A stretch of 64,000 nt of DNA, from assembly GCA_038134595.1 (NCBI GenBank), contig JAYPVM010000007.1, positions 77,634 through 141,633 on the forward strand, given 5' to 3'. This DNA is from Pseudomonadota bacterium. Lineage in GTDB: Bacteria > Bdellovibrionota_C > UBA2361 > OMII01. Position numbers and translations under genes: made by a program. Under the pieces are notes generated by a model, which saw only the letters and a list, made by a program, of their open reading frames with translations, ran no database searches and was not told the origin of the DNA. Position 1 is the stretch's first letter. Each line of letters begins with the position of its first letter. This document shows positions 20,820-30,829 of this stretch, piece by piece.

Positions 20820-21050
20820 TTACCGGCGTATAGGGCACTGATCAGGCACGGGCTCACCATCTGGAATCGGATCCTCTCCCGGCAGATAGTCCGGAGCCTC
20901 TTCTGGAGGAGGAACTGGCATAGTATCTGGTTCGGTTTCGGGAACCGTTTCAGGCTCCACCGTCGGTGTTGGTGATTCGCTTGCACGCGGAAAGGTCAGC
21001 TCTGCTAATTCTTCACATGAGATAGGTGTGGTTAAAGCTACTTGCATCAT
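20820..21050 (-). CDS. Small Pro/Glu/Thr-rich hypothetical protein (76 aa)
   Basis: SD AGGGGA before the ATG, which lies 24 nt after the stop of the giant ORF; low-complexity PTPTVEPETVPETEPD... Confidence 0.7.
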   Translation of the reverse strand: MMQVALTTPISCEELAELTFPRASESPTPTVEPETVPETEPDTMPVPPPEEAPDYLPGEDPIPDGEPVPDQCPIRR

Positions 21051-21074
21051 ATTATTTCCCCTAACACGTAGTTT

Positions 21075-24000
21075 CTATTCATATAAACTAAACGCCCCAT
21101 TGCGAAGCAAGAAACGCGGCTCCCAGCCAGTTGAATTGTCTTCAAAAAACGGTACCACAAAATCTTTCCAGATTTGGCGCTCGTACTCCCCGCGACCATT
21201 CCCATCTTGCGGAAGTTGTATTTCCTGAGATCCAACTTTTAGTACCATCGTTGCGGTATCAAGCTCGAATTTTCTTTTCTCTTTCCTCGGTATGGAGTTA
21301 GGATCAATCGTGTACGCAAAGTGAAGAACCGGCATCATATTAATCGACCATCCCTGCTCTCTTCCCCCACGAAACCAACGATAGGACTCCTCTAGCATCC
21401 GGTACCGATAGGCATGAACTCGCGATCGCCGGTCTCCATCAAAAGACATATCTGGCTCGCCGTCTCCCTCTTGGCCCTGGGGAGGGGTCTCATCCTGCCG
21501 CATATCGCCTTCTCTCGCCAACGTAGTCCCCATCTTATAAAAAGAAAATGCGAACTGCCACGCCGTCAGATAGTCTTGGCAAAGCCTAGCCCAGTTATAG
21601 ACATCTTTGTGTAAATGCTGAAACACCGCAAGACGTGCCTCATCATCCGGGTATCGCATCAAAAAAGCCTTGTGAACATGTCCCCATGAATCTTTCCAGC
21701 CCCAAGCTTTTAATCCATCCCTTTCCCATGAGTAATGGGGCGAAGACATCGGCAGATATGCATTACAGAGGCCGCCGCCTACCACCGATCCATACGTTAA
21801 ATCTAATAAAGGCAACCCCCTCGATTGAGCGCTTCCAAGCAATCCAGAGAACGTTAGATCTATCCGCTGAACATCCAGATTTTTGGGCGAGAACCCAACG
21901 AAGTCACTTGCCGGGACCAACGCAGGCTCAAGCTTCTCTTTGAGAATCTCTGTTGGAACCGCAATCGCTGTCTGGGAACCCGGATAGAAATGCCGATTAT
22001 AAACAAGATAAGAATAGTGGTGACCGTCTATTAAATGCTCTCGGTCTGGAGGGGGCACAACAACTTTTAGCCCACGCATCATCAGAAAACCCGTTCTAGA
22101 CAAATTCTCCACTCGACAGTGATAGAAGTATTTGGAGCTAAACAAACCACCCTCATCCTCCCAAAGCCAGAATGGAGAGGATTTTCCCTTAGCCTTCCAG
22201 TTAGAGTCCGACGTAAACACGTTCTTTACCTTCATGTTAGACATGAAAACACCCTTACCCGGAAATTCCGTGTTACTGCTACTATTGACCACATACACGT
22301 TATCCATACAATCGAGTGCATAACGAACGAGAAACGGCGCTACGGGTTCAAAAACTTCTGTCTGCGGGGCACCTCGAGAATCGATTGCTACCGCTCCAAA
22401 ACCCTTACTCTCTCGAACTGCTCGATCGACAACCTCCATGGTCTCATTAAAAGCAGCTTTTTTCCGAGGATCTTCCTCCAGAAAAGGGGGGCCTCCTATA
22501 TTAAATTCTTTCCCGATTAGATTGCGTGCCCAGTCGCGCCGAGCTTTATCGGGAGAACTCCGCATGATATCGGTTAGCGCGTGCATCTTAAGCTCGCAGA
22601 GAGCAATCCGATAATCTTCGAGACCATGAATCTCTCCCTTCAACAGAATAAGACGAAGCTTATAAACCATCGCTGGATTGTCCATAAGACCAAAGTTTTT
22701 GGTTGAAAGCTCCGCTAGACTATCCCGAAGAGTCGATATTACTTTGTCATCATTTAACACTCGGAGATTCTGATTAAATTCAGTCAATGTCCGCAAGGCA
22801 AGGAGCATTAATGGCTTTATTGTCTCCGAGGCAGATTGATAGGAGCGAGCAAACTCAAGAGATACTAACTCTGGTGTCAGGCCAGCATCTCGGAGATCAA
22901 CCAACAGCTCCTCTGTAACCTCCCAATCAACTGGCGGAATATCATCCGAGACCTTTAGCTCCCTATCATACGCCAAAGCCCAGTCTAAAAGGTCAGCAAT
23001 AGGTAAGCTCCTCTCTCGATATAAGGCAACATACCTACCAATAGAGAGCCACCCCCTACGTCCCAGCGCTTCTGGGAACCTGCATCTATCAGCAAGCCTG
23101 CCCGGCGAGATAGTATTCCCGGATGGATCATCCATTAAAAGCTCTACCACCTGCAGCCCCGCGGAGCCAAATCCATATCTCGATAGCCTCCGAATCAAAT
23201 TTGTGTAAGGTTCCCCTGTATTGCGAATAAACAAACGATGCGCGCGGCGCAAATGCTCCTCTACTCGACCCATCGCGACCGAATCGTTCTGATCCTTCAG
23301 ACAAGATTCGACTATCGAATAATTTAAACCCTCAAGCGGCAATTTCCGCCGTTGCAAATACTGAATAACCTTTCGATACTCGGTTAATTTATCTATTCTC
23401 TTTGCAGCGTCCTCAGCCAGGAATTCAAGAGCACTACACACCTCATGTACAGAGCGAATAGACTCTAGAGCAGGAAAACCCTCCGAGCTCTGATAACTCA
23501 CCACCTGCGATACAACGTCTTCTAAACCAAACTGAGAGAGCTCCTGAAAAGCCCAATACGCCCGACATGCCTTTGGCCTGGCAATACCAAGTAAATCATC
23601 ACTCTCGTAGGCCTGCAAAAAAACATCTGCAAGACCATCCTTCTCAAGCAAACTGCTCATCAAATCTCTAAACACTATCTGTCTATTCGTGTCAGAAACA
23701 TAAATAAGCTCTGCTAACTGTAACGCCCGTTCTAACTCTCCAAACCTCTTCGGTGCGAGGCTAACATGATGGCGATCTACGAATTCTGGAGTGATAAGCC
23801 TCAAGTCAGAGATAGTATCTCGGTAGTACGCCATAGTATCCACAAACCGCTGCCACTCAGATTCAGCGTCAGGGCGATTGACTACGCACGCAATAGTTTC
23901 AAGCAACTGGGTGATATCTCGGCGAAGTGGCCAGCGTTGCGTAGAAAGCATTTCACACACTACATTCCACCGTTCAGGCGCCATACTTTGCGCCGTTAGC

Positions 24001-25232
24001 ATCGTTGAAAACGACTTCCATGCCTGACGCAGGTCTGCGTAGCCATCACAAGCACATTGAACATACTCACCGAAGGCCTGAAGCATTTCACCCGACACAT
24101 TCGCTTGTACCCGACTCGTAACTTCTCGCAAGAAAGAATCTTCTTTGGCTCCATCTGAACGAATCTTCACACTCAACTGGTCCAAATAGTCATCAAGGAT
24201 GCGCACATGGGTGGCATACTGCGAAACACAGGATGAAGTCTGTTGCTTACGAAGCGTGTCTAACTGCTCAGCACCAATACCATCGACTCGAACTCGGTGA
24301 TTACGGAGTTGTTGTAAAAAATCATCGTATAGCGCCATCGTACCGTCGAGTTCGGGCCCGTCACTATCTTTTATAAGACGGCAAAAGCTTTCTAATAGCG
24401 AAACGATGGAACCGTTATTGCTGTATTGGTCCTCCAATGCACTATCCAATGCGGATAAAACCGAAGGTCTCGCATTTAGACTTTGTACAAGCGGCCTCAG
24501 TGCTTTTACAAGCGCTTTCGGAGCCTCATTATCTTCTAACCCAAAGACAATAGCCCTCGTGACGATTCCCTTGTCAAATCCTTCGGGAAGCTCTCTAAAG
24601 AACGATTTTACACTCTGGATACCCCGAAACCGCCCTTGGGTATTCACCATAGCAAGCAAGACCTTCGAGAGATCTGGTACCGTGTCGGGCGCAACATCAT
24701 CTCCATCCAGAATCCTTCGGGCCTGCTCAGTAACGGATAGCATCTTTCCCAATCCCCACGAACTGGTGTTATCCAAACATATAAAAACGTCCGCAATACC
24801 CTGGAGAATCAGATCGTACTCTTTGGTGTTCGTACACTCAGCAAACAATGTCTGCTCTAATTCATTCCATGCCCTTGCATCGGGACTGTTGTCGATGAAT
24901 GCAACAAGAAGCCTGACAACATTGGTGATGGTAGCTAACTTCGTTCCAGATTGACCGCAAATATCACTTAGATTCTGTATTGCTCGATGATAATATCCTG
25001 GTTCCGGTTCATGCCTTATCCGGATGAGACCCCGTAAACTATCGACAAATTCCCGTCCTACAGATTTTCGGTCCACAAATTCTGGCATCGGACCGCGGAA
25101 CATATCCTCTATTACTTCATCTTGTAACAATCTGTGCGCGATCTCGTGGGGTGTGAGAGCAGAATAGTATTCAGAGCCAACGTACCTAGCATTATGTTCT
25201 CTACTTCTATAAAAATCCTCAAATGAAGACAT
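21075..25232 (-). CDS. Large hypothetical protein (~1,385 aa) with a helical repeat region
   Basis: Uninterrupted 4.2-kb ORF with no signal peptide, TM or recognisable family motif; start is ATG 25232 or 25268. Confidence 0.9.
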   Translation of the reverse strand: MSSFEDFYRSREHNARYVGSEYYSALTPHEIAHRLLQDEVIEDMFRGPMPEFVDRKSVGREFVDSLRGLIRIRHEPEPGYYHRAIQNLSDICGQSGTKLATITNVVRLLVAFIDNSPDARAWNELEQTLFAECTNTKEYDLILQGIADVFICLDNTSSWGLGKMLSVTEQARRILDGDDVAPDTVPDLSKVLLAMVNTQGRFRGIQSVKSFFRELPEGFDKGIVTRAIVFGLEDNEAPKALVKALRPLVQSLNARPSVLSALDSALEDQYSNNGSIVSLLESFCRLIKDSDGPELDGTMALYDDFLQQLRNHRVRVDGIGAEQLDTLRKQQTSSCVSQYATHVRILDDYLDQLSVKIRSDGAKEDSFLREVTSRVQANVSGEMLQAFGEYVQCACDGYADLRQAWKSFSTMLTAQSMAPERWNVVCEMLSTQRWPLRRDITQLLETIACVVNRPDAESEWQRFVDTMAYYRDTISDLRLITPEFVDRHHVSLAPKRFGELERALQLAELIYVSDTNRQIVFRDLMSSLLEKDGLADVFLQAYESDDLLGIARPKACRAYWAFQELSQFGLEDVVSQVVSYQSSEGFPALESIRSVHEVCSALEFLAEDAAKRIDKLTEYRKVIQYLQRRKLPLEGLNYSIVESCLKDQNDSVAMGRVEEHLRRAHRLFIRNTGEPYTNLIRRLSRYGFGSAGLQVVELLMDDPSGNTISPGRLADRCRFPEALGRRGWLSIGRYVALYRERSLPIADLLDWALAYDRELKVSDDIPPVDWEVTEELLVDLRDAGLTPELVSLEFARSYQSASETIKPLMLLALRTLTEFNQNLRVLNDDKVISTLRDSLAELSTKNFGLMDNPAMVYKLRLILLKGEIHGLEDYRIALCELKMHALTDIMRSSPDKARRDWARNLIGKEFNIGGPPFLEEDPRKKAAFNETMEVVDRAVRESKGFGAVAIDSRGAPQTEVFEPVAPFLVRYALDCMDNVYVVNSSSNTEFPGKGVFMSNMKVKNVFTSDSNWKAKGKSSPFWLWEDEGGLFSSKYFYHCRVENLSRTGFLMMRGLKVVVPPPDREHLIDGHHYSYLVYNRHFYPGSQTAIAVPTEILKEKLEPALVPASDFVGFSPKNLDVQRIDLTFSGLLGSAQSRGLPLLDLTYGSVVGGGLCNAYLPMSSPHYSWERDGLKAWGWKDSWGHVHKAFLMRYPDDEARLAVFQHLHKDVYNWARLCQDYLTAWQFAFSFYKMGTTLAREGDMRQDETPPQGQEGDGEPDMSFDGDRRSRVHAYRYRMLEESYRWFRGGREQGWSINMMPVLHFAYTIDPNSIPRKEKRKFELDTATMVLKVGSQEIQLPQDGNGRGEYERQIWKDFVVPFFEDNSTGWEPRFLLRNGAFSLYE

Positions 25233-25337
25233 GAATAATCCAGCCAAAATAATAAAACTCGATGGCATCGCAAACGAGCGATAACCATACTAGGTGATAG
25301 CAACTAGCCTTGGGAAATAAAACACCTATTATGTAGC

Positions 25338-25355
25338 GCGTAGAAAATTCTACGC
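25338..25355. promoter_or_regulatory. Perfect inverted repeat GCGTAGAA-AA-TTCTACGC, candidate operator
   Basis: 8-bp arms with a 2-bp spacer, in the divergent intergenic region about 100 bp upstream of the giant ORF. Confidence 0.4.
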
Positions 25356-25668
25356 TTGCTTTTACAGGTAGATGTCTCAATTAGTTCGAATAAGTTTGCA
25401 TTAAAAGCACCGGTCTCCATGCTCCGGTTCAGTTCCGCCAAGAAATCTAAACCCGTCTGAGCATTGGCGTTTGATAATTAAAAAACACCTCAAACTATGA
25501 AATCTATTAGCGCACTGACGCACATCTCTCACACCAAGTCAGTTGTCGAACCATGGATCTCGTCTTTTACACTCATAGCTTTCTTGATTGCACGAGCTTT
25601 GCTTTTGTTGCGCAGAATAATATAGGAGCATGAAAAGGCAGTTCAGAGCAGCCCCATAAACCCATTAT

Positions 25669-25681
25669 TATCAGGCGCTTA
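25669..25681 (+). promoter_or_regulatory. IHF-like site TATCAGGCGCTTA
   Basis: One mismatch to the IHF consensus WATCAANNNNTTR; intergenic, upstream of kdsD. Confidence 0.25.
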
Positions 25682-25761
25682 TCAACCAAAACAGTCTTGT
25701 CTTACTTGCTAATTAGCATAGTCTAGCCTAGTCTTTCCAAGACTCGTATACTCAACACGCT

Positions 25762-26796
25762 ATGAACGACAAGAAAAATATTACCACCAATACCTACTGC
25801 GACGACACAACAGGACATATCGACACAGTCTCCTACGGAAAGGGCATTCTTGAAGAACAAATAGGTGCACTTACGCGCGTTGCCAGCTCACTCGACGACT
25901 CCTTCGCACATGCAGTTTCTGTACTTCTGCACCGACAGCCCGGCGCGCGAATAGTTGTATCTGGTATGGGAAAAGCTGGTTTTGTAGGAATGAAGTTCTC
26001 CGCAACCCTTGCAAGCGTTGGTTGCCCCAGTTTTTTTCTTCATCCAGCTGACGCTATTCACGGCGACCTCGGAAGACTTCACCCCGAAGACATTACAATT
26101 CTCTTCTCTCACTCAGGCGAAACTGATGAGATCAATCGCCTCTTGCCACGTATTAAAAGTTTTGGTGCAAAAACTATCGCTATCACAGCTAGTGCATCAT
26201 CTACACTCGGGGCTCACAGTGATATTGTCATTGCAATCGGCAAGATCTCTGAAGCAGGTCCCCTGCAACTAGCGCCAACTACGAGCACAACGGTGATGCT
26301 TGCATTAAGCGACGCACTCGCGATGACGCTTCTAAGGCAGAAGGGATTTAGCAAGGAGGAGTACGCCCGCTTTCATCCCGGTGGTGACTTAGGGCGCTCT
26401 TTGATGCTTATCTCTGAAGTTATGCGTGCTAATGACGAGCTTTGTATTGTCAAGGAATCAGAGTCTACAAAAGACACTCTTCAAGCTATTACACAAACTA
26501 AGGGGCGTCCTGGCGGAGCGGCCGTAGTAGATGCAACAGGTTCTCTTGTTGGCGTGTTCACCGATGGGGATTTAAGAAGACATCTGGAGGCTGGTGTAGC
26601 ATTTCTTTCAAAGCCTATCGGTGAGGTCTGCTCGCGCTCGCCGATCTCCCTTCCCTCAAACCACCTAGCTCAAGAGGCGTGCAGGATTATACAGGAACGA
26701 GAGATCGACCAGCTGTTTATCACAAACGAGCGTAACGAACCGGTGGGCATGGTAGACATTCAAGATCTCCTCGCCATCGGTATGATTAGGCCATAA
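25762..26796 (+). CDS. kdsD: Arabinose-5-phosphate isomerase (KpsF/GutQ family; SIS + 2 CBS domains)
   Basis: GMGKAG, FLHPADAIHGDLG, SHSGET, LAPTTST, FHPGGDLG and FTDGDLRR. Confidence 0.95.
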   Translation: MNDKKNITTNTYCDDTTGHIDTVSYGKGILEEQIGALTRVASSLDDSFAHAVSVLLHRQPGARIVVSGMGKAGFVGMKFSATLASVGCPSFFLHPADAIHGDLGRLHPEDITILFSHSGETDEINRLLPRIKSFGAKTIAITASASSTLGAHSDIVIAIGKISEAGPLQLAPTTSTTVMLALSDALAMTLLRQKGFSKEEYARFHPGGDLGRSLMLISEVMRANDELCIVKESESTKDTLQAITQTKGRPGGAAVVDATGSLVGVFTDGDLRRHLEAGVAFLSKPIGEVCSRSPISLPSNHLAQEACRIIQEREIDQLFITNERNEPVGMVDIQDLLAIGMIRP

Positions 26797-26821
26797 CACC
26801 CTTTTGGCGAGTAAACTCGAT

Positions 26822-27949
26822 CTACGCAGTAGGCAACGACACCGTATGTACAGTTAATGTACCGTCTAGTACAGCAAGGGTAAGAGATTTATTGTCTGCC
26901 TTAAGAACCACTACATCCATAATAGTCTTAGAATCTTTTTGAGTATAGAGAGGGGTAAAGGACGCCTGCTTGCTGCCTTCTGAATCCCCCAGAGACACTA
27001 GTCCTATCTCTTTGCTACCCAACACCACAAGATACTCGCCACCTTTGTACGAAATCGGATTAAACTCAGTAAAATTATAGTTCGAATCACTCTTGGCAAT
27101 AATCTCTAGACGAAATCGTGCGGTAGCAGTCTCCCTTGAGAGAAGGCTTATCCTACCCTGTGCAATCTTGCCGTAATTAGAGTGCCATCCGTCCCCGATA
27201 ACGATGCGATTTTCACCAAGAATACGAACTCCCCTGACACCACGATACGAGGGCAACAGTGTTTGCGCGCCATTACGAATCAAAAGCACGTCGCCATCGG
27301 CACCCTGTATATCGCCGTACGATCTCCCCACCACTTTCATATCACCGAGGCAATCAAAGGAACTACCCATCCGAATAGAGCTCTGCTCCTTAAAGTCATA
27401 GGTGCCATCATCCTTTGAAACAAGGTACCCGATAGAATTAAAATACTTTGAATTAAAAAAATCGATCCAGATATCTTCTCCACATCTCTTTAAACCTGTA
27501 ACCTCCGCTCTAGGGCTTTGCTTCTCAAACAAAAGTGTTGCAGTCTTGGCATCGCTCGAGATGCTATAGATTCTAATCGGGGCATTACGGTCGTTGATTC
27601 CAGCGCCCGTTGCTACGAGATATCCCTCTCGGTCCACAGAGACCTTCGATACCGCGCCCTGCACCGTGACGGTGGCCCGCTCATGTAAAGCAGTAGATCC
27701 GTGCAAGTCATAGAACACGAGACTGTTACGTCCACCATCAAAAGCAATTAATTCGCCCGCATTACCTGCAAAAAGCGTCGTAATACTCGGCGAATTAACG
27801 CCTCTACTTTTGGTTGCGTCAAAAGCTGTCTCTGCGCTGGCAGAGACAGGCACACACACGAAGCAAAGAACCAACACACTCCTGAGCACTCTGACTATAT
27901 TACCTACACAGATCATCTTCATCGCTCCACATAGTCTATCTCTATTCAC
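26822..27949 (-). CDS. Exported hypothetical protein, probable beta-propeller
   Basis: Signal peptide ending VSASA|E; beta-strand-rich; 4-bp ATGA overlap with ampG. Confidence 0.7.
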   Translation of the reverse strand: MNRDRLCGAMKMICVGNIVRVLRSVLVLCFVCVPVSASAETAFDATKSRGVNSPSITTLFAGNAGELIAFDGGRNSLVFYDLHGSTALHERATVTVQGAVSKVSVDREGYLVATGAGINDRNAPIRIYSISSDAKTATLLFEKQSPRAEVTGLKRCGEDIWIDFFNSKYFNSIGYLVSKDDGTYDFKEQSSIRMGSSFDCLGDMKVVGRSYGDIQGADGDVLLIRNGAQTLLPSYRGVRGVRILGENRIVIGDGWHSNYGKIAQGRISLLSRETATARFRLEIIAKSDSNYNFTEFNPISYKGGEYLVVLGSKEIGLVSLGDSEGSKQASFTPLYTQKDSKTIMDVVVLKADNKSLTLAVLDGTLTVHTVSLPTA

Positions 27950-29274
27950 ACCTCGTTATCTCTGACCTGTATCGGAACTATAGGAATTAGACACATTGCA
28001 GGGATCGATAAGATAAAGGCCCCGATATACAGGTTAGTATATCCCATGTATTCAACTATCCGACCAGCCTCTCCGCCTATCACGGTGCCTGGAATCGACA
28101 TAATAGCGCTACCGATTGCATAATGCGTAGCTCGAAATTTTGGAGAACAGGTCGAGAGGAGAAATACCAACAAAGCCGCGCTCCCTAAACCCGCCGCTAT
28201 CTGTTCAACACCATGCACGAAACATACAATCAGCTCTCCTTGCGTTGTTGTAGGATCGGGCTTTGCAACTGAGAGCCAGACATACAGCCATATCGTCACA
28301 TTCATCAAAACACTGAGCGGCCACAAGGCTCTTCGAAGCCCAACACGATGGATCCACCATCCACCGACCATCGCTCCAAGAATCGTTCCGGCCGCTCCCA
28401 CTATACCCGCGATCCAGGCATACTGCTCTGTACTAATACCTATCTCCCGGAGTAAAAACGGCGACACCATTGAAAACAGCACCTCATCCCCAAGCTTATA
28501 CAAAACAATAAACAACAAAATAATTCCAATCCTAGGTTGCGATAGATACGAACGAAAGCCATTAACAGAGACCTTTAACCCCCTCTGCAAGATATTCTGA
28601 GCATCGAGATTTTGCGACTCTTTACGGGGAAGTATCACCGCGTGAAACAACGCACACGCCATCATTACCACTCCAGCTATACAGAATGCAGGAACCCATG
28701 CGTACGCGGAGTTGGTGCCCCATGAGAATCGAGCCGCCACATAGGCAACAACTCCTACAAGACCACTTCTTGCAAAAACCATCGCCAAACGATACGCCAA
28801 GACTCTATATCCAGAATAAAGTGCTTGTGTACTCTGAGACGGCAAAGCCTCCAAATAATAGCCATCTATCGCGATGTCGTTTGAAGCCGCAAGGAAGGCT
28901 AAAACGATAAATGTAATCGCAATCCAAAACAGATAACTGCTAGGGTCTGCAGCCGATCCTGCACAGTACGATAGATATGCAAGAAGAAGCGTTCCTACAC
29001 CTATAAGGGCTTGCAGAGCTATCTGCCAGATTCGTTTACTCCCGCATGCATCGACAAACGGCGCCCATAGAAATTTAAAGTTCCACGGCAAGCCAAGATA
29101 ATTAAGATATCCTAAATAGAGCTCACGCACCCCCATCTGCGTAAAGTAGAGGCTCGAAAGTATCCGCACTATCATAAACGGCAATCCCTCGGCAAAATAG
29201 GTCGTGTTGACCCACATAAGGGTTTTGCCGTCTAAGGCTTCTTTCGATTTCACGCAGCTCCTCTCTGATAGCAA
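27946..29274 (-). CDS. ampG: AmpG-family MFS muropeptide permease
   Basis: YFAEGLPF, LPWNFKFLWAPFVD, ASNDIAIDGY, LYKLGD and ATHYAIGSA; about 12 TMs; TTG start. Confidence 0.88.
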   Translation of the reverse strand: MLSERSCVKSKEALDGKTLMWVNTTYFAEGLPFMIVRILSSLYFTQMGVRELYLGYLNYLGLPWNFKFLWAPFVDACGSKRIWQIALQALIGVGTLLLAYLSYCAGSAADPSSYLFWIAITFIVLAFLAASNDIAIDGYYLEALPSQSTQALYSGYRVLAYRLAMVFARSGLVGVVAYVAARFSWGTNSAYAWVPAFCIAGVVMMACALFHAVILPRKESQNLDAQNILQRGLKVSVNGFRSYLSQPRIGIILLFIVLYKLGDEVLFSMVSPFLLREIGISTEQYAWIAGIVGAAGTILGAMVGGWWIHRVGLRRALWPLSVLMNVTIWLYVWLSVAKPDPTTTQGELIVCFVHGVEQIAAGLGSAALLVFLLSTCSPKFRATHYAIGSAIMSIPGTVIGGEAGRIVEYMGYTNLYIGAFILSIPAMCLIPIVPIQVRDNEV

Positions 29275-29389
29275 CTAGATGACGTTCTCGACAAACAACG
29301 AGTAGAGTTAGAAAAATCTAAGCGAATATCAGGGCGAGCGCAATACGTGATACCCCAAGAGAGGGTCACATAGCGGGTGGGAGAAAATC

Positions 29390-30829
29390 CTAGAACTTTC
29401 CCCAAATATACTGATTAGTCACCTCGTGATGATACAAGACCTCGCTGGTCTTAACAGCGGTACCCAACTCTCGCGCACAGCGATCAGCAGAGGCCTGCTT
29501 TCGCTCCACGTATTTTTCTTTAGCATCACTCCCCAGAACCTCTGTCATCCAATCGCTCGACTTAAACTGCCTCAAGGCATCATTGATATTTCCTGGAAGA
29601 AATCTTGTTCGTGAACGTCGGTTTTCATTGATATCCTGCTCATTTTTCGGGCCGTACAATCCGGTCTGTAAAATCGCCAAGAATACCATGTACGGATTTG
29701 CGTCGGGAGCTACGGTTCGCACCTCTATGCGCGCCGACTTTTCATTGCCTAATGGAATACGAACCATCGATGTCCGGTCAACCGCCGATGAGCGGATCTG
29801 ATTAGGCGCTTCAAAGTTTGGATCCAAACGGCGATACGAATTGACACTAGAATTCATCGTTAGGCAGATATCGTTAGCGCTATTTAAGACTCTATCGATA
29901 AAATCCCACGCTTCAGCCGAGAGGCGTTCTTCACCGTCGGCATCATAGAACATGTTCTTACCGTTCTGTGACAGCGATATGTTCGTGTGCATCCCACTGC
30001 CGTTTATTCCCGCGATGGGTTTTGGCAAAAACGATGCTGTCATACCTAGTTTGGCTGCAATCTGTCGAGCCGTAAGCTTATAAAGCTGAACTTGATCGGC
30101 CGCCAGGAGCGCATCGGTATAGCTGTAATTTAGTTCAAACTGAGCCGGTGCTACCTCTGGATGATCCTTTTCATTTTCAAAGGCCATCGCTCGTTGCGCT
30201 TCAGCTAAAGAGTCCATAAAACATCGGAGAGGATCTCCTGGCAATGAGTGATAATAGCCACTTCCCGACACAAGATCAAAACCTGCACGCTCATTAAAAT
30301 TTTGCTCGGCGCGTCCACCTTGAAAGAGAAAACCTTCACACTCAACCGCGATATTCGCCGTAATCCCCCGTTGATCTCGCAGATCATCGCAAAGCTCCTT
30401 GAGACGTCCTCGCATGTCAGAGCCGTATCCTCTTCCATCACGATCTTTTATGAGACTAAACACAAGCACCTTACCAGGGCCAAATATATCTGAAGGCATC
30501 CAGCGAAATGAGCCCCAGTCTATCTCAAGCCGTAGATCGGACTCTTTCACAACCGAAAAGCCCCGTATCGAAGAGCCATCAAAGGTCAAATTGTCATACG
30601 ACTTCAGCAGAAACTTCTTGTCGTAATCAAGCATATGGAAACGACCCTCAATATCAGAAAAACATACCGTAACGGCCTTAATTCGCTTCTCTTCCTCAAG
30701 GTATCCGAGGTAGTGCTCCCGTAGTTCGTCGCAACTTGCACCACCCAAAACTCTCTGTTTAGCCTCTAGATTTAGCTGCTCTAATTCATCATAAGAAATT
30801 TCAAGAAAACTTCGTAAGTTGCTGTTCAT
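29390..30829 (-). CDS. glnA: Glutamine synthetase (type I-like)
   Basis: FSDIEGR, FDGSSIRGF, ESDLRL, HPEVAPAQFE, FLPKPIAGINGSGMHTNIS, NSYRRL, FEAP and RIEVRTVAPDANPY; SD GAGGTG before ATG 30829. Confidence 0.93.
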   Translation of the reverse strand: MNSNLRSFLEISYDELEQLNLEAKQRVLGGASCDELREHYLGYLEEEKRIKAVTVCFSDIEGRFHMLDYDKKFLLKSYDNLTFDGSSIRGFSVVKESDLRLEIDWGSFRWMPSDIFGPGKVLVFSLIKDRDGRGYGSDMRGRLKELCDDLRDQRGITANIAVECEGFLFQGGRAEQNFNERAGFDLVSGSGYYHSLPGDPLRCFMDSLAEAQRAMAFENEKDHPEVAPAQFELNYSYTDALLAADQVQLYKLTARQIAAKLGMTASFLPKPIAGINGSGMHTNISLSQNGKNMFYDADGEERLSAEAWDFIDRVLNSANDICLTMNSSVNSYRRLDPNFEAPNQIRSSAVDRTSMVRIPLGNEKSARIEVRTVAPDANPYMVFLAILQTGLYGPKNEQDINENRRSRTRFLPGNINDALRQFKSSDWMTEVLGSDAKEKYVERKQASADRCARELGTAVKTSEVLYHHEVTNQYIWGKF

